Below, one piece after another: positions 52,033 to 62,415 of a stretch of 64,000 nucleotides of DNA (position 1 is the first letter of the stretch; each line of letters begins with the position of its first letter). The translations under genes were made by a program, and so were the position numbers. Under the pieces are notes generated by a model. It did not search any database and was not told where the DNA came from. It saw nothing but the letters and a program-made list of their open reading frames with translations. The stretch is from Myxococcota bacterium. Its GTDB lineage: Bacteria; Myxococcota_A; Polyangia; Nannocystales; Nannocystaceae. The stretch covers positions 71,321 to 135,320 of the forward strand of contig JBCCWC010000009.1 in assembly GCA_039194325.1 (NCBI GenBank). Reading direction: 5' to 3'.

Positions 52033-52524
52033 ATGCTGGTGCTCCAACCGCCCACGCCGCTGCCTGCGCCTGCGCCGGATCACCCCTCGATCTTCCTCGC
52101 CGGGAGCATCGAGATGGGGAGCGCCCCGCCCTGGCAGGATCGATTGATCGCCGACCTGGCGGACACCGATCTCATCGCCTTCAACCCTCGACGAGACGAC
52201 TGGGACCCCAGCTGGACGCAATCGATCGACACGCCTCAATTCCGCGCACAGGTCGAGTGGGAGCTCGCAGGCTTGGAGCATGCGGAGCTGGTCGCGATGG
52301 TCCTCGTCCCCGGCACCCGCTCGCCGATCTCCCTGCTAGAACTCGGACTACATGCCACCAGTGGCCGCCTGGTGGTGTGCTGCCCCGAGGGGTTTTGGCG
52401 CAAGGGCAATGTGGACATCGTGTGCCAACGCTACGGGATCCCGCAGGCGGCCTCCCACGAAGCGCTGGTCGCCCACATCCGACAATGGCTGGGCCGTCGA
52501 CTTCGCGGACGGGACTCAACGTAG
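52033..52524 (+). CDS. nucleoside 2-deoxyribosyltransferase-like protein
   Basis: SIFLAGSI..WQ..FNPRR..QVEWE..SPISLLELG..GNVDI. Confidence 0.85.
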   Translation: MLVLQPPTPLPAPAPDHPSIFLAGSIEMGSAPPWQDRLIADLADTDLIAFNPRRDDWDPSWTQSIDTPQFRAQVEWELAGLEHAELVAMVLVPGTRSPISLLELGLHATSGRLVVCCPEGFWRKGNVDIVCQRYGIPQAASHEALVAHIRQWLGRRLRGRDST

Positions 52525-54339
52525 GCGAACATCGTCGATCTCGACGGTGAACGCCCCAGCCCGCGAGGGCCCACCGAAGAAGATCCCGCTGACGTCATAG
52601 GGCTCGGCCACCAGCGCACGCAGGTTGACCCAGTGCTCGGCCCACTCCTCGCCGATCTCCACGGTGATCTGCGCGGGGACCATGCCCAGCTGCTCGGCGA
52701 ACACCAGCACATTCATCGGCCCGTCGCCGCGAGCCCGAAACACCAGGCTGGGCTTGGAGGACAAGTTGGCCGGAGTCATGGGTTGCTCGCCGGGGAAGAA
52801 CGTCACCCCCGACCACGCGATGGGCAGCATCTGCGGGTCGATCGTGCCTGCGACCTTCATCGCGCCCTCGACCACGCTGAGCTCGACGGTGGACCCTCCC
52901 CCCATCATCGCGTCGGTAGAGCCCTGCCATCCGGCCCCGAACTCACTGCGTAGCTCGCCTCCCTCGAAGTCGGCGACCAGACCCGCGTCCAGCCCCGCCG
53001 GCGCAGGCGCGTCCATGGCCTGCCGCACCTGCTCCCAGGCCGTGGCGACGCGCTCGCGGGCCGCGTCACGATCCGCGGCCACCCCGCCCTTCCAGACCCC
53101 GAGGATGTCTCGGGTGGCCTGGATGTCCGTGCCCGGGTCGCCCTTGACCAGCACCAGATCGGCCCGCTTACCCGCCGCGATCCGACCGCGATCGTCGAGA
53201 CCAAAGGCATCGGCCGGCTCGGCGGTGGCCGCCCGCAGCGCAGCCCGAGGCGAGAGCCCCGCCTTCACCAGCAGCTCGAGCTCGTCGTGAAGGCTCGCCC
53301 CGTGGATCACCCCCGGGTTGAGCGCGTCGGTGCTAGCCAGCAGCGGGACCCCGGCCTCGTGCAGCGCACGGGTCGCATCGAGCGCATGCTGGCAACCGAG
53401 CTCTGGCAGATCTCCTGTCGTCTTGCCCAGCATCCGGCGCGAGGCCGGCCCCACAAAGGGCTCGATCCGCGGATCACGGGCCAGCACGGCCCCTCGGATC
53501 CCGTCGCAGCCCGAGAAGATGACACCCAAGGTCTCGGCGACGAACGCCCCGCGCTCGGTGGCCGCGGTCACGAACGCATCGCTGGGGGCCTGGTCGGTGA
53601 AGAGATGCGCCAGCCCGTCCGCCCCGGCGTTCAGCGCTTCGATGGCCCCCTGCTGGGAGCCCACGTACACCACCGCCAGCACGTCGCGGGCGTGGGCCGC
53701 CTCGATTACGGCCGTCAGCGTCGCCAGCTCGAGCGTCGGACGCTCGAGCCCCAAGCCCGCGCCGTCGTCGTAGACGATCTTGATGAAGTCGGATCCCTCG
53801 GCCAGTTGCTCGTCCACGAAGGCGACCGCGTCGTCGGGCCCAGCCAGGGTCGGGATCTTCACGCCATACTCGGTCCCGTGGCCCCCCGGTGCGGTCACGA
53901 GGATCCCCGCCCGCAGGTCGGCCCGCCCGCTGGCCTTGCCCTCGGCTTGCTGCGCCCGCAGGGCCTGGCCCATCTCCGGCAGGCTGAACATGCCGATCTC
54001 GGTGGTCACCCCGAACATCAGAGCCTGAGTGAGCTGCTCGGGCATCTGCACGTGGGTATGCGCATCGATGAGCCCGGGCAGCAGGGTCGCCCCCTGGCCC
54101 GACACCCGCTGGGCCTCATCCGAGACAGGCAGCTCGGGTCCCACCGCGACGATCCGATCGCCATCCACCAGCACGGTCACATCGTCGAGCCAGCCCTCGC
54201 CATCGAAGACCCGCACGTCTTCGAACGCCAGGGTCGCCGGAACCACCGGGAGGGTCGACGCCGGGGCAGAAGGTTCGGCCGCGGGCTTGGGGCCACACGC
54301 GGTCAGCGATCCGAAGAGCAGCAGCAGCACGCGTCGCAT
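52516..54339 (-). CDS. amidohydrolase family lipoprotein with C-terminal CIA30/CBM-like domain
   Basis: LTAC lipobox; LLPGLIDAHTH, FIKIV, GRIAAGKRADLVLV; C-terminal WQGSTDAMMGGGS. Confidence 0.85.
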   Translation of the reverse strand: MRRVLLLLFGSLTACGPKPAAEPSAPASTLPVVPATLAFEDVRVFDGEGWLDDVTVLVDGDRIVAVGPELPVSDEAQRVSGQGATLLPGLIDAHTHVQMPEQLTQALMFGVTTEIGMFSLPEMGQALRAQQAEGKASGRADLRAGILVTAPGGHGTEYGVKIPTLAGPDDAVAFVDEQLAEGSDFIKIVYDDGAGLGLERPTLELATLTAVIEAAHARDVLAVVYVGSQQGAIEALNAGADGLAHLFTDQAPSDAFVTAATERGAFVAETLGVIFSGCDGIRGAVLARDPRIEPFVGPASRRMLGKTTGDLPELGCQHALDATRALHEAGVPLLASTDALNPGVIHGASLHDELELLVKAGLSPRAALRAATAEPADAFGLDDRGRIAAGKRADLVLVKGDPGTDIQATRDILGVWKGGVAADRDAARERVATAWEQVRQAMDAPAPAGLDAGLVADFEGGELRSEFGAGWQGSTDAMMGGGSTVELSVVEGAMKVAGTIDPQMLPIAWSGVTFFPGEQPMTPANLSSKPSLVFRARGDGPMNVLVFAEQLGMVPAQITVEIGEEWAEHWVNLRALVAEPYDVSGIFFGGPSRAGAFTVEIDDVRLR

Positions 54340-54362
54340 CGATCGCGGAGTACCATGAACCC

Positions 54363-55220
54363 ATGGCCCTTCGCTCGACCTCCTGGCTCTTCGTTGCACT
54401 CTTGCTTCCCGCATGTGGGGACGACGAGGCCCCCAGCCTCAGCAGTGGTAACAATGGGTCCACCACGTCCTCGTTGCCGACCACCGGCGGTACGGGTTTG
54501 GCCGACAGTTCCTCGACCTCGGTGGTCGATCCCAGCGTCGATTCCAGCACGGGCCCCATGGCCAGCAGCGATGGCATGGTCGACGCGTCCAGCTCGGGCT
54601 CGGATTCGGGTTCTACTGGTCCATCCGGGAGCAGTTCGTCGGGGCCCAACGGTAGCAGCACCGGCGACGGCAGCAGCAGCAGCGGGGATCCCCCGTCGAC
54701 CAACGGCTGCGCCGACGGCCTGCGGGAGGCACTGCTCGACGAGGCAACCTATCCCGACATCGCCGCGTGCGCCGGGGGCTGGATGTTCCCGGGAGTCTTG
54801 GTCAACACCGCCATGTGTAACCGAGAAGGTGGAGATGACGGGATCAACCCTGCTGGAATGGGCTGTTCCATCGAGGATCTGTGCGGCAATGGCTGGCACG
54901 TTTGTGAAAGCCAGGATGAGGTGCTCGCCGACGGGATCGCCGATTGCGACGCTGTGTTCTGGGGCGGGGCGTTCTTTGCCACCCGTCAGTCCGGCCAGGG
55001 CGCGGACACCTGCAACGTCAACGGCCTCAACGACGTGTTTGGCTGCGGCGATCTGGGCTACGCGATGATCAATGGCTGCGCCCCGCTCAACCGAAGCACC
55101 GCGAACCTCTGCGGCGAGCTGCCCGACCCGTGGGCGTGCGACGGTGACGTCGCGTCCGAGGCCGATCAACTCATCAAGCCGGCGCCGGAATTCGGCGGCG
55201 CGCTGTGCTGCCGGGATTAG
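54363..55220 (+). CDS. Cys-rich lipoprotein with Ser/Thr/Gly tether
   Basis: LLPAC lipobox; GCADG..CGNGWHVC..GGALCC. Confidence 0.75.
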   Translation: MALRSTSWLFVALLLPACGDDEAPSLSSGNNGSTTSSLPTTGGTGLADSSSTSVVDPSVDSSTGPMASSDGMVDASSSGSDSGSTGPSGSSSSGPNGSSTGDGSSSSGDPPSTNGCADGLREALLDEATYPDIAACAGGWMFPGVLVNTAMCNREGGDDGINPAGMGCSIEDLCGNGWHVCESQDEVLADGIADCDAVFWGGAFFATRQSGQGADTCNVNGLNDVFGCGDLGYAMINGCAPLNRSTANLCGELPDPWACDGDVASEADQLIKPAPEFGGALCCRD

Positions 55221-55452
55221 TGCTTCGGCCGCGCGCTCGCGGCGAGAGTCGGTTCCGGCACTCCCAGTAGTTTCATCGCGTGCAACTACACGTTCGACGA
55301 CATTCTCTTGATGCATCGGCGTGGGGGATCCAGATTGACTGGGTACGACACAGTCGCACCCAAGATCGCCGAGAACCGCTCGTGCCATGCCCCCGTCACA
55401 GTGATGTCGGGCGTTGCGCGTCGGCACTCGGGTGCGCAGCAAGGCACACGCG

Positions 55453-56106
55453 ATGGACGACACGATACAAGAGCGCCTACGTTTCCGCTGGAACGGACGA
55501 GAGATCGACTATGCCCCCAGTGGCTGGTCGATGACTCCCGGCACCAGCGTCGGCATCGGCATCAAGATGATCGCTGGGGAAGCTGGACTCCTCAACGTCA
55601 CGCATCAGCGGAACTCCAATGGAACCCTCAGCCGCAACGGCCAGCCTGCACGCAAGTACCGGTTTCAGTACCTGGCGGGTGGCGGCAGCCATGGCGTGTC
55701 GGTACTCGATGGTGGGCTTCAGCTCATGCCTGGGGATTGGCCATCGGGCGGCAGCCGGGCCATCTGGCGCCTGCGGGACGCACCCAAGGGCAGAGAGCAA
55801 GAGCTGGGACCACCGACCGGGCTCCGAGGGGAGTGTTTATTTATGGGCAGCTCGGCCGCCGTGGGCTTCGCCGCCGGGGGTTCGCTTCTCCTGATGGGCG
55901 GTCAGGGCCTGTTCGATGTACACGCGTGGGTCGATCGCCTGAAGAGGAACCCTACGCAACCTGTGGACCTGTTCCACAACTTCAAGTATGCCGCGATCCT
56001 ATGGTCGGTGGGCGTAGAGACCAATATCTCGGCCGGCGGCAGTGTGATGTACGGCAGCATCTGGTCCAAGCAGTACTCGGCGCCACGGTCTACAGATGAC
56101 CGTTGA
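55453..56106 (+). CDS. hypothetical Gly-rich beta-strand protein
   Basis: clean ORF with protein-like composition; no recognised motif. Confidence 0.6.
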   Translation: MDDTIQERLRFRWNGREIDYAPSGWSMTPGTSVGIGIKMIAGEAGLLNVTHQRNSNGTLSRNGQPARKYRFQYLAGGGSHGVSVLDGGLQLMPGDWPSGGSRAIWRLRDAPKGREQELGPPTGLRGECLFMGSSAAVGFAAGGSLLLMGGQGLFDVHAWVDRLKRNPTQPVDLFHNFKYAAILWSVGVETNISAGGSVMYGSIWSKQYSAPRSTDDR

Positions 56107-58078
56107 TCACGGTCATCCCCGGCGCCCGCTGCACGCTGTCGGCGGTGATCTGCACCGCGGCCGTCCCCGGTGGCAGCCCCAGCGTACCGCTCAGATCGAG
56201 CTGCGGCAGCTCGATCCCCCCCAGCCCGCCGCCCGAGAACGCCCCGAGCACCCCGTCGACCAGCTTGGCCTCCAGCGTCGCCTCGAGGGTAGGCTCGGCC
56301 TCGATCGCCTCGTCTTCCCCCACGTGGAGCTCGGTCTCCACCCGCTCCACCTCACCCAGCGCGATGCTGATCCCCGTGTCGGTGGGCACCACCTCCAGCC
56401 CCGCCACCAGGCTCGAGTAGGCCACGAAGGTCACCGGCTGGTCGCCGAGCACCAGGCTCCCCTCGATGTGAATATCGCCCATGTGCAGCCGTAGCCGACC
56501 GTCCGGGCCACAGTCGGAGGCGGTGGGCGCCAGCATGCCGCTGACCTTGACCTCGAGATCACCGATGAGCGCGTTGTCCTCCCCCAGCAGCTCGGGCGGC
56601 ATATCGAACTCGAGCATGCCCCCGTCCCACGCCCCGTAAAGCAGCTGGTTGAGCAGGTCGTCGGTCAGCGCGATCTCCAGCGGAGCCTGCCGCGGCACCG
56701 AAAGGGGCGCCGCCCCCTGGCCACACCCTGCCCAGTCGGGCACGCCCCGGTTCTTGTAGGGCGCGACCGGAGCCAGCGCATACCCCCAGGCACGCTCGAC
56801 CAACAGCCCGCCCTGCGGGGGCGAAGGCTCGGGCGGCGCCTCGCCGTCGTGGAAGTCGACGTCGCGGAAGTCGGTGCCCAGGCGCACCTCGATGACCTCC
56901 TTGTCCGAGTCGATCCGCGGGAACGACATCGTCATGTTGGGCGCCATCGCGTTCAGGGCCAGCCCCACCGCAGGGCCCATCAGCGCGGTGAGCTGATCGG
57001 TGAGCGAGGCTTCGAGATCGGCCACCACCCCGCCGATGATGAACGGCTCGATGATGGAGATGAGGAAGTTGAGCCCCCCGCCATTGGCCCAGATGTCCAG
57101 ATCCTCCACGGCGGTCTGCGGATTGATGACCGCGATCGCCAGGTCGTGATCTTGGTTGACGTCGATGATGAGATCGACCGTGGCCGTGATGCTCTGCACC
57201 GAGAAGCCTCCAGGACCGCCTCCCAAGCCTTGGATGTCCAGCGCGCCCTCCACGTTGGTGAGGGTGGCGGTCATTTGCATGCCGCCGTCGACCGCGGCAA
57301 GCGAGACCGAAGAGCCGTCCGACCACAGGTCGGTCACATAGACGGTGTAGCCGACCACGTTCGCCATGGGCACGGTCGGATCGATGAACGAGGCGAGATC
57401 GACGGCCGACAGCGACAAACCCATCAGGGTCGCGAGATCGTCGACTGGCAGCGAGGGATCGCCGTCGTCGATGCTGTCTCGATCCAGGTAGACGGCCAGC
57501 CCTTCGTCGAGCCGGCTCTCCTGGGCCGACGAAGGCATGTGGTAGCCGGTGGACCACAAGAAGGACTGCACCCGCCGGCGCGCCACGCCATGCTCGTCGG
57601 TGGTCTCGAGCACCACGATGTTGCCCCCCGTCTGGGCCATGATCTCCGTGGAGAACTCACCCCCCTCGCCCAGCGGCACGTCTTGCCCGTTGACGCTCAG
57701 GTGCTCGATGGCCCCCGCCGCGCTGCTCACCCGCCCGGAGACGGTCACCTCCGGCGAGTCGCTGTGCAAGGTCGCGGCCCGAGGAGGGTGATCGACCTCG
57801 ATGATCGGGCGGCACTGCCCCAAGAGCACCGCACCGTCGACCGTACACGCCCCCGCCTCGCAGACGTCGGCGGTGCAGGGATCGCCGTCATCACAGTCTT
57901 CGTTGCGCTCGCAGGGACCGACGCTCGCGTCCGGCTCGGGCGAGGGCTCCATCCCGCTGCCATCAGAGGGCTCGCCGGTGGTATCGGTGGCTCCGCCCCC
58001 GACCCCAGCCGCATCGTCACGGCAGGCACCGAGGCCCAACGCCGCCACCAACAACCATGACCACGACCCGCGCATCAT
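56090..58078 (-). CDS. lipoprotein: Cys-rich module + Ig-like domain + putative BPI/LBP-like region
   Basis: LGAC lipobox; CDDGDPCTADVC; Ig-like VTVSG..VNG..GNIVVLETTD; IALTDDLLNQLLYGAWDGGML. Confidence 0.65.
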   Translation of the reverse strand: MMRGSWSWLLVAALGLGACRDDAAGVGGGATDTTGEPSDGSGMEPSPEPDASVGPCERNEDCDDGDPCTADVCEAGACTVDGAVLLGQCRPIIEVDHPPRAATLHSDSPEVTVSGRVSSAAGAIEHLSVNGQDVPLGEGGEFSTEIMAQTGGNIVVLETTDEHGVARRRVQSFLWSTGYHMPSSAQESRLDEGLAVYLDRDSIDDGDPSLPVDDLATLMGLSLSAVDLASFIDPTVPMANVVGYTVYVTDLWSDGSSVSLAAVDGGMQMTATLTNVEGALDIQGLGGGPGGFSVQSITATVDLIIDVNQDHDLAIAVINPQTAVEDLDIWANGGGLNFLISIIEPFIIGGVVADLEASLTDQLTALMGPAVGLALNAMAPNMTMSFPRIDSDKEVIEVRLGTDFRDVDFHDGEAPPEPSPPQGGLLVERAWGYALAPVAPYKNRGVPDWAGCGQGAAPLSVPRQAPLEIALTDDLLNQLLYGAWDGGMLEFDMPPELLGEDNALIGDLEVKVSGMLAPTASDCGPDGRLRLHMGDIHIEGSLVLGDQPVTFVAYSSLVAGLEVVPTDTGISIALGEVERVETELHVGEDEAIEAEPTLEATLEAKLVDGVLGAFSGGGLGGIELPQLDLSGTLGLPPGTAAVQITADSVQRAPGMTVINGHL

Positions 58079-58337
58079 CAAAGGTGTACCGCACCCTCGC
58101 TCGAATGCCGAGCCGGGGATGTCCCCATGCGAGACGGATCACGACCGGCTCTAGGGCCTCGATGATCCGGGACTTGCCGGATCGCCACGCGGAACCTTTT
58201 TGAGGGTATGGAAGGGGAATGTCAGCCCGCATCATCACGCTCATGATGCGGCGCCGGACACGACCACCGACCCACGCTCTATCGGCCTACATGTGCAAGT
58301 TGCTTCGCACTTCGTCCTTTAGGACCAACCTCTAGAG

Positions 58338-60314
58338 TCAGTCTCTCGATACCGGGACCACTTGGGCCCGCACGCCGGTCATGGTCAGCTGCCCGCTGAC
58401 CCGCTCGATGTGCTCCACGCCGGCCGGGATCAAACGATTGACGTTGAGATCGGGCAACCCGTGCGGCACCACCACCGTCCCCGGCATCAGCCCCTCGGCC
58501 GAGCCAGCGGGCATGCGTAGGGACTCACCGCAACACTGGATCTCGATCGTCTGCCCGTCGACGAGTCCTAGTCGACTCAGATCCTGCGGCGACAGCCAGG
58601 CGGTCGCCTCGGGCTCTCCGCTGCGCTGACCGCCGTGCAACCAGCTGTTGTGGCCCAGACGTCGGCGACGCCCCAGCAGCACGAAGTCATCCTCGGCCGG
58701 CTGCCCAGGCGAGCGCTGGAGCCGTCGCAGTTCCTCGGCGACTGCGGGGTCTCCAAACCGCAGCCGATTGCGGGCCAGCCAGCGTCCGGGTCGGATCCGC
58801 GGCATCGGAAAACCAAACCGGGGTCGGGGTAGCCAGCGGTCGAGACCCCACCGACCCAGCCGCCAGGGCAGTCCCCATAACCATCGTGCGCCGAGGCGCA
58901 GATCCATACGCATCGCCAGCTCCGAGAGGATCCAGGCGTCGGTCCTGCACTCACCCGGCGGGGGCATCACCGGCCCCGACACCGGCAGGGTCGGCGACTG
59001 CGAGAACGGCAAGGAGACCACCGAGAGATCCCAGCGTTCGAGCCAGCTGGCCGCGGGCAACAGCGCATGGGCATGCCGTCCGGTGGCGCTACGAAACATG
59101 TCCACGCACGCCAGCAGCTCGAGCGAGCGCAGGGCCTTCTCGGTACGACCGGCCCCGGGGATCGAGCGCAGCGGATCACCGGCCAGCACCAATAGCGCCC
59201 GCACCTGCTGCGGTCCGGGCTCGAGGATCTCGTCGGCCATGACCCCGCCCGGCAGGGTCCCCAGCACCGACGAAAATCCCCCCACCCGGCTGCGATGTTC
59301 ATTGCCCAACCGGGCCCCGCGATACACTCGGTCCAGCGAACGGGCCAGCGGGTGCACCAACAGGCCTCCCCGGCGATCGTAGTTGCCGGTGGCCCAGGCC
59401 AACGCTTGCAGCAACACATAGGCCAGCGTGCCAAAGCCTCCCTGGTTGACCCCGACCGACATGTGCAGCGCGGCCGAAGGCGCCGCCCGCAGGCGAGCGG
59501 CCAGCGACTCGATCTGGGAGCGAGCGATGCCGGTTCGCGCCGCCACCTCGGAGAGGCTCACCGCCCGGGCGGCCTCACGCAGCTGAGGCCAGCCCTCCAC
59601 GCGCCCGTCCTCCGGCGCCCCGTCGGCACACTCGGCCAATAGACCCAGCAGCAGCCAGGCATCGGTACCCGGCCGGATCGCCAGGTGCTCTCCCCAGCGC
59701 CGCGCGCTCTCGCTGCGCCGCGGGTCGACCCACACCACCTGGCCACCACGCGCGAGGATCCCCCCGAACGCGGCCGGTCCTCCCCCGCCCAGGTGCACGA
59801 AGCTCGACTGGCTGACATAGGGATTGGAGCCGAGGATCAGCGCGAAGTCGGTGTGCTCGAAGTCGGGAAAAGCCTGGATGACCGGGCTGCCGTGAACGAT
59901 CTGGGCCCCGGCAAACTTGTTGTTGCAATCCTGGCTGCCCGCATAGAACACGTTGCGGGTGCCGAGCGCCTGGCCCAGCCCCAGCGTGGAGACCAGGCCC
60001 AGCGTATTGAAGGCCATCGGGTTGCCGAAGTAGATCCCCACCGCGTGGGGGCCGTGCTCGTCGATGATGCGGCGCAGCCGGCCGCCGACCTCGTCGAGTG
60101 CTCGTGACCAGCTCGCCCGACGACCCCAAAGCTGCGGATACAGCAGGCGCTGGGGGTGCCCCGCCACCTCGAAGAATCGAGTCCCCTTGGCGCAGGCGTA
60201 GCCGCGACTCCCAGGATGATCACGATCGGGACGTAGGCGTACGGGTCTCCCTTGCTCGTCGTCGACGACCTGCAGTCCGCAGGCGGCTTCACAGATCCGG
60301 CAATACGTTCGCAT
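58338..60314 (-). CDS. molybdopterin-dependent oxidoreductase
   Basis: TYCRICEAACG..CAKG Fe-S motif, VDPRRSESA, IRPGTD, LLPAASWLER; start MRTYC. Confidence 0.88.
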   Translation of the reverse strand: MRTYCRICEAACGLQVVDDEQGRPVRLRPDRDHPGSRGYACAKGTRFFEVAGHPQRLLYPQLWGRRASWSRALDEVGGRLRRIIDEHGPHAVGIYFGNPMAFNTLGLVSTLGLGQALGTRNVFYAGSQDCNNKFAGAQIVHGSPVIQAFPDFEHTDFALILGSNPYVSQSSFVHLGGGGPAAFGGILARGGQVVWVDPRRSESARRWGEHLAIRPGTDAWLLLGLLAECADGAPEDGRVEGWPQLREAARAVSLSEVAARTGIARSQIESLAARLRAAPSAALHMSVGVNQGGFGTLAYVLLQALAWATGNYDRRGGLLVHPLARSLDRVYRGARLGNEHRSRVGGFSSVLGTLPGGVMADEILEPGPQQVRALLVLAGDPLRSIPGAGRTEKALRSLELLACVDMFRSATGRHAHALLPAASWLERWDLSVVSLPFSQSPTLPVSGPVMPPPGECRTDAWILSELAMRMDLRLGARWLWGLPWRLGRWGLDRWLPRPRFGFPMPRIRPGRWLARNRLRFGDPAVAEELRRLQRSPGQPAEDDFVLLGRRRRLGHNSWLHGGQRSGEPEATAWLSPQDLSRLGLVDGQTIEIQCCGESLRMPAGSAEGLMPGTVVVPHGLPDLNVNRLIPAGVEHIERVSGQLTMTGVRAQVVPVSRD

Positions 60315-60651
60315 TGGCCCGACCACCATACGACCGCTGCGCCAGGTGGGGCGGTGGGCCCCCATGCCGAGCCACGCACGGCACGAACAAACCGCCTCCG
60401 GGCCGCAACTAAAGGATGGTGCGCAGATGATCTCGGTGCGTCGAACCGCGCGCACGACCCCCGATCCCGCCCTCTCACGGAGATTGCCGATGCCAAAAAA
60501 CGCCGTTATCAAGCAGTTCAGCGCGTCGCTCGCCGTGCATGGCGCTCGAGGCGAGTTTTCTACCCGCGGATTGAAGGGCGGGCCTCATCTCGTCCATGCA
60601 ACCTGGTGAGGGCTGGTCGGCCGTAGCTGACCCCTCGCGTGGAGATTGGCA

Positions 60652-62406
60652 ATGAGAATGCGACGACACGGGCGCCGGCACGGCGCGTGGTCCATGGCGC
60701 TGAGCCTCGGGTTGCTCAGCGCCGGCGGTTGCCGCGACGACGTCGAGGGCAGCGCGGACGAGACCGGCTCGACCGGAGCCGGGCAGACCGACGAGCCCCC
60801 CGCGGACACCACCGAGGGTGAGACCGACACCGACGACCCCCCCGGCAGCGAGTCCGGCGAGCCCCCACAAGACGCGGTGCCGCCCCCCGGCGGGCTGCGG
60901 CGCCTGCTCGCGCATCAGTACGTCTCCAGCATCGAATACCTGCTGGGCCCGCAAGCCGCCGCCGTCACCACGGCCCCCATCGATCCTTCGTTGGGCACCT
61001 TTGATTCGCTGGCCACCCTCAGCTCGGTGCCTTCGGTCCTCGACATCGAGAGCTACGAGGGCTCGGCGGGCACTGTGGCCCAAGCCGCCGTTGAGGATCC
61101 GACTCGACTGGGCCAGTTCGTCCCCTGCGTGGTCGATGGCCCCTTCGACGACAGCTGCTACGAGCGCCTGGCTCGCGACTTCGGCCGGGTGGCGTGGCGA
61201 CGCGAGCTGACCGACGCCCAGATCGAGCGACTGGTCGCGGTGGCCACCACCGCCCGTGAGTGGGGTGAGGGCGAGTTCATGCCGGGCGTGGAGTACATGC
61301 TGACGGCGATCTTGCAGTCCCCTTATTTTTTATATCTGGTGGAACTAGGATCGGAGCTAGGGTCGGAGACCGGCGAGCCAAGTGACGAGTACCGCGAGCT
61401 GACCGGCGTAGAGCTGGCCACCCGTATGTCCTTCTTCCTGCTGGGGCGCACGCCCTCGGTCGGCGTCCTCGACCGAGCCCAAAGCGGCGAGCTCGACAGC
61501 GACCAGGGAGTCCGCGAGCTGGCCCGTGAGCTGCTCGAAGAGCCCCTGGCTCGTCGCACCGTGGGCCGCTTCTTCGCCGAGCTGCTCACCGTCCGCGACC
61601 TGCCCAGCAAGGGCAAGGATCCCACGCTGTTCCCGATGTTCTCCGAGGCGCTCGCCGACGCGATGCTCGAGGAGACCCTGCGCCTGGTCGACGACGTGGT
61701 CTTCGCCCAGGACGCCAGCGCCATGCGCCTGTTCGACGCCGACTACACCTTCGTCAACGACCCGCTGGCCGCGCTCTACGGCTACGACCCGGTGGGCGGC
61801 GGTCAGTGGATGCAGGTCCCGCTGCCCGAGGGTCGAGCCGGCCTGCTCTCGCTGTCGGGGTGGCTGGCGATGAGCTCGCACAACACGGTCAACTCGCCCA
61901 CCCGGCGCGGTCTGTTCGTGATGGAGCAGCTGCTGTGCACCGAGCTGCCGCCGCCGCCGCCCCGGGTCAACCCCGAGCCCATCGAGCCGGTGGAGGGGCA
62001 GACTCTACGCGAGTCGCTCGTGACGCTCACCGGGGAATCTCCGTGCAGCGATTGCCACGTGCTGACCGATTCGATCGGCTTCGGCTTCGAGCACTTCGAC
62101 CCCCTCGGGGCCTGGCAAGATCTCGACAACGGCCAGCCCGTCGACGCCTCGGGCCACCTTCCCGGCGTTGGTGAGTTCTACGGGGCCAGCGAGCTGGCCG
62201 ACCTGCTGGTCACCAGCCCCAACCTCAGCCGCTGCCTGGTCGACAAGGCCTACGCCGCCAACCTCGGGTTCGTTCCCGAGAGCGAGATGGCCCCCGCCCT
62301 CGATGCCGTAGATCGCTCGTTCGTCGAGGCCGATCACGATCTCAAGCACATGCTCGTGGAGCTGACCGCCAGCCCCGTGTTCCGCCTCGTCGACGAGCCC
62401 AAGTAG
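60652..62406 (+). CDS. DUF1587/1595/1592/1588/1585 multidomain lipoprotein
   Basis: SAGGC lipobox; LRRL, AWRREL, ILQSPYFLY, ELATRMSFFL, SPTRRG, CSDCH, FEHFDPLGAW. Confidence 0.88.
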   Translation: MRMRRHGRRHGAWSMALSLGLLSAGGCRDDVEGSADETGSTGAGQTDEPPADTTEGETDTDDPPGSESGEPPQDAVPPPGGLRRLLAHQYVSSIEYLLGPQAAAVTTAPIDPSLGTFDSLATLSSVPSVLDIESYEGSAGTVAQAAVEDPTRLGQFVPCVVDGPFDDSCYERLARDFGRVAWRRELTDAQIERLVAVATTAREWGEGEFMPGVEYMLTAILQSPYFLYLVELGSELGSETGEPSDEYRELTGVELATRMSFFLLGRTPSVGVLDRAQSGELDSDQGVRELARELLEEPLARRTVGRFFAELLTVRDLPSKGKDPTLFPMFSEALADAMLEETLRLVDDVVFAQDASAMRLFDADYTFVNDPLAALYGYDPVGGGQWMQVPLPEGRAGLLSLSGWLAMSSHNTVNSPTRRGLFVMEQLLCTELPPPPPRVNPEPIEPVEGQTLRESLVTLTGESPCSDCHVLTDSIGFGFEHFDPLGAWQDLDNGQPVDASGHLPGVGEFYGASELADLLVTSPNLSRCLVDKAYAANLGFVPESEMAPALDAVDRSFVEADHDLKHMLVELTASPVFRLVDEPK

Positions 62407-62415
62407 GAGTCCGCC

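Noticed and set aside
52033..52524. Defence effector role for the deoxyribosyltransferase-like protein
   Set aside because: Stand-alone gene with no defence-associated neighbours
58338..60314. Selenocysteine-containing formate dehydrogenase as a SelB client
   Set aside because: No in-frame UGA within the ORF
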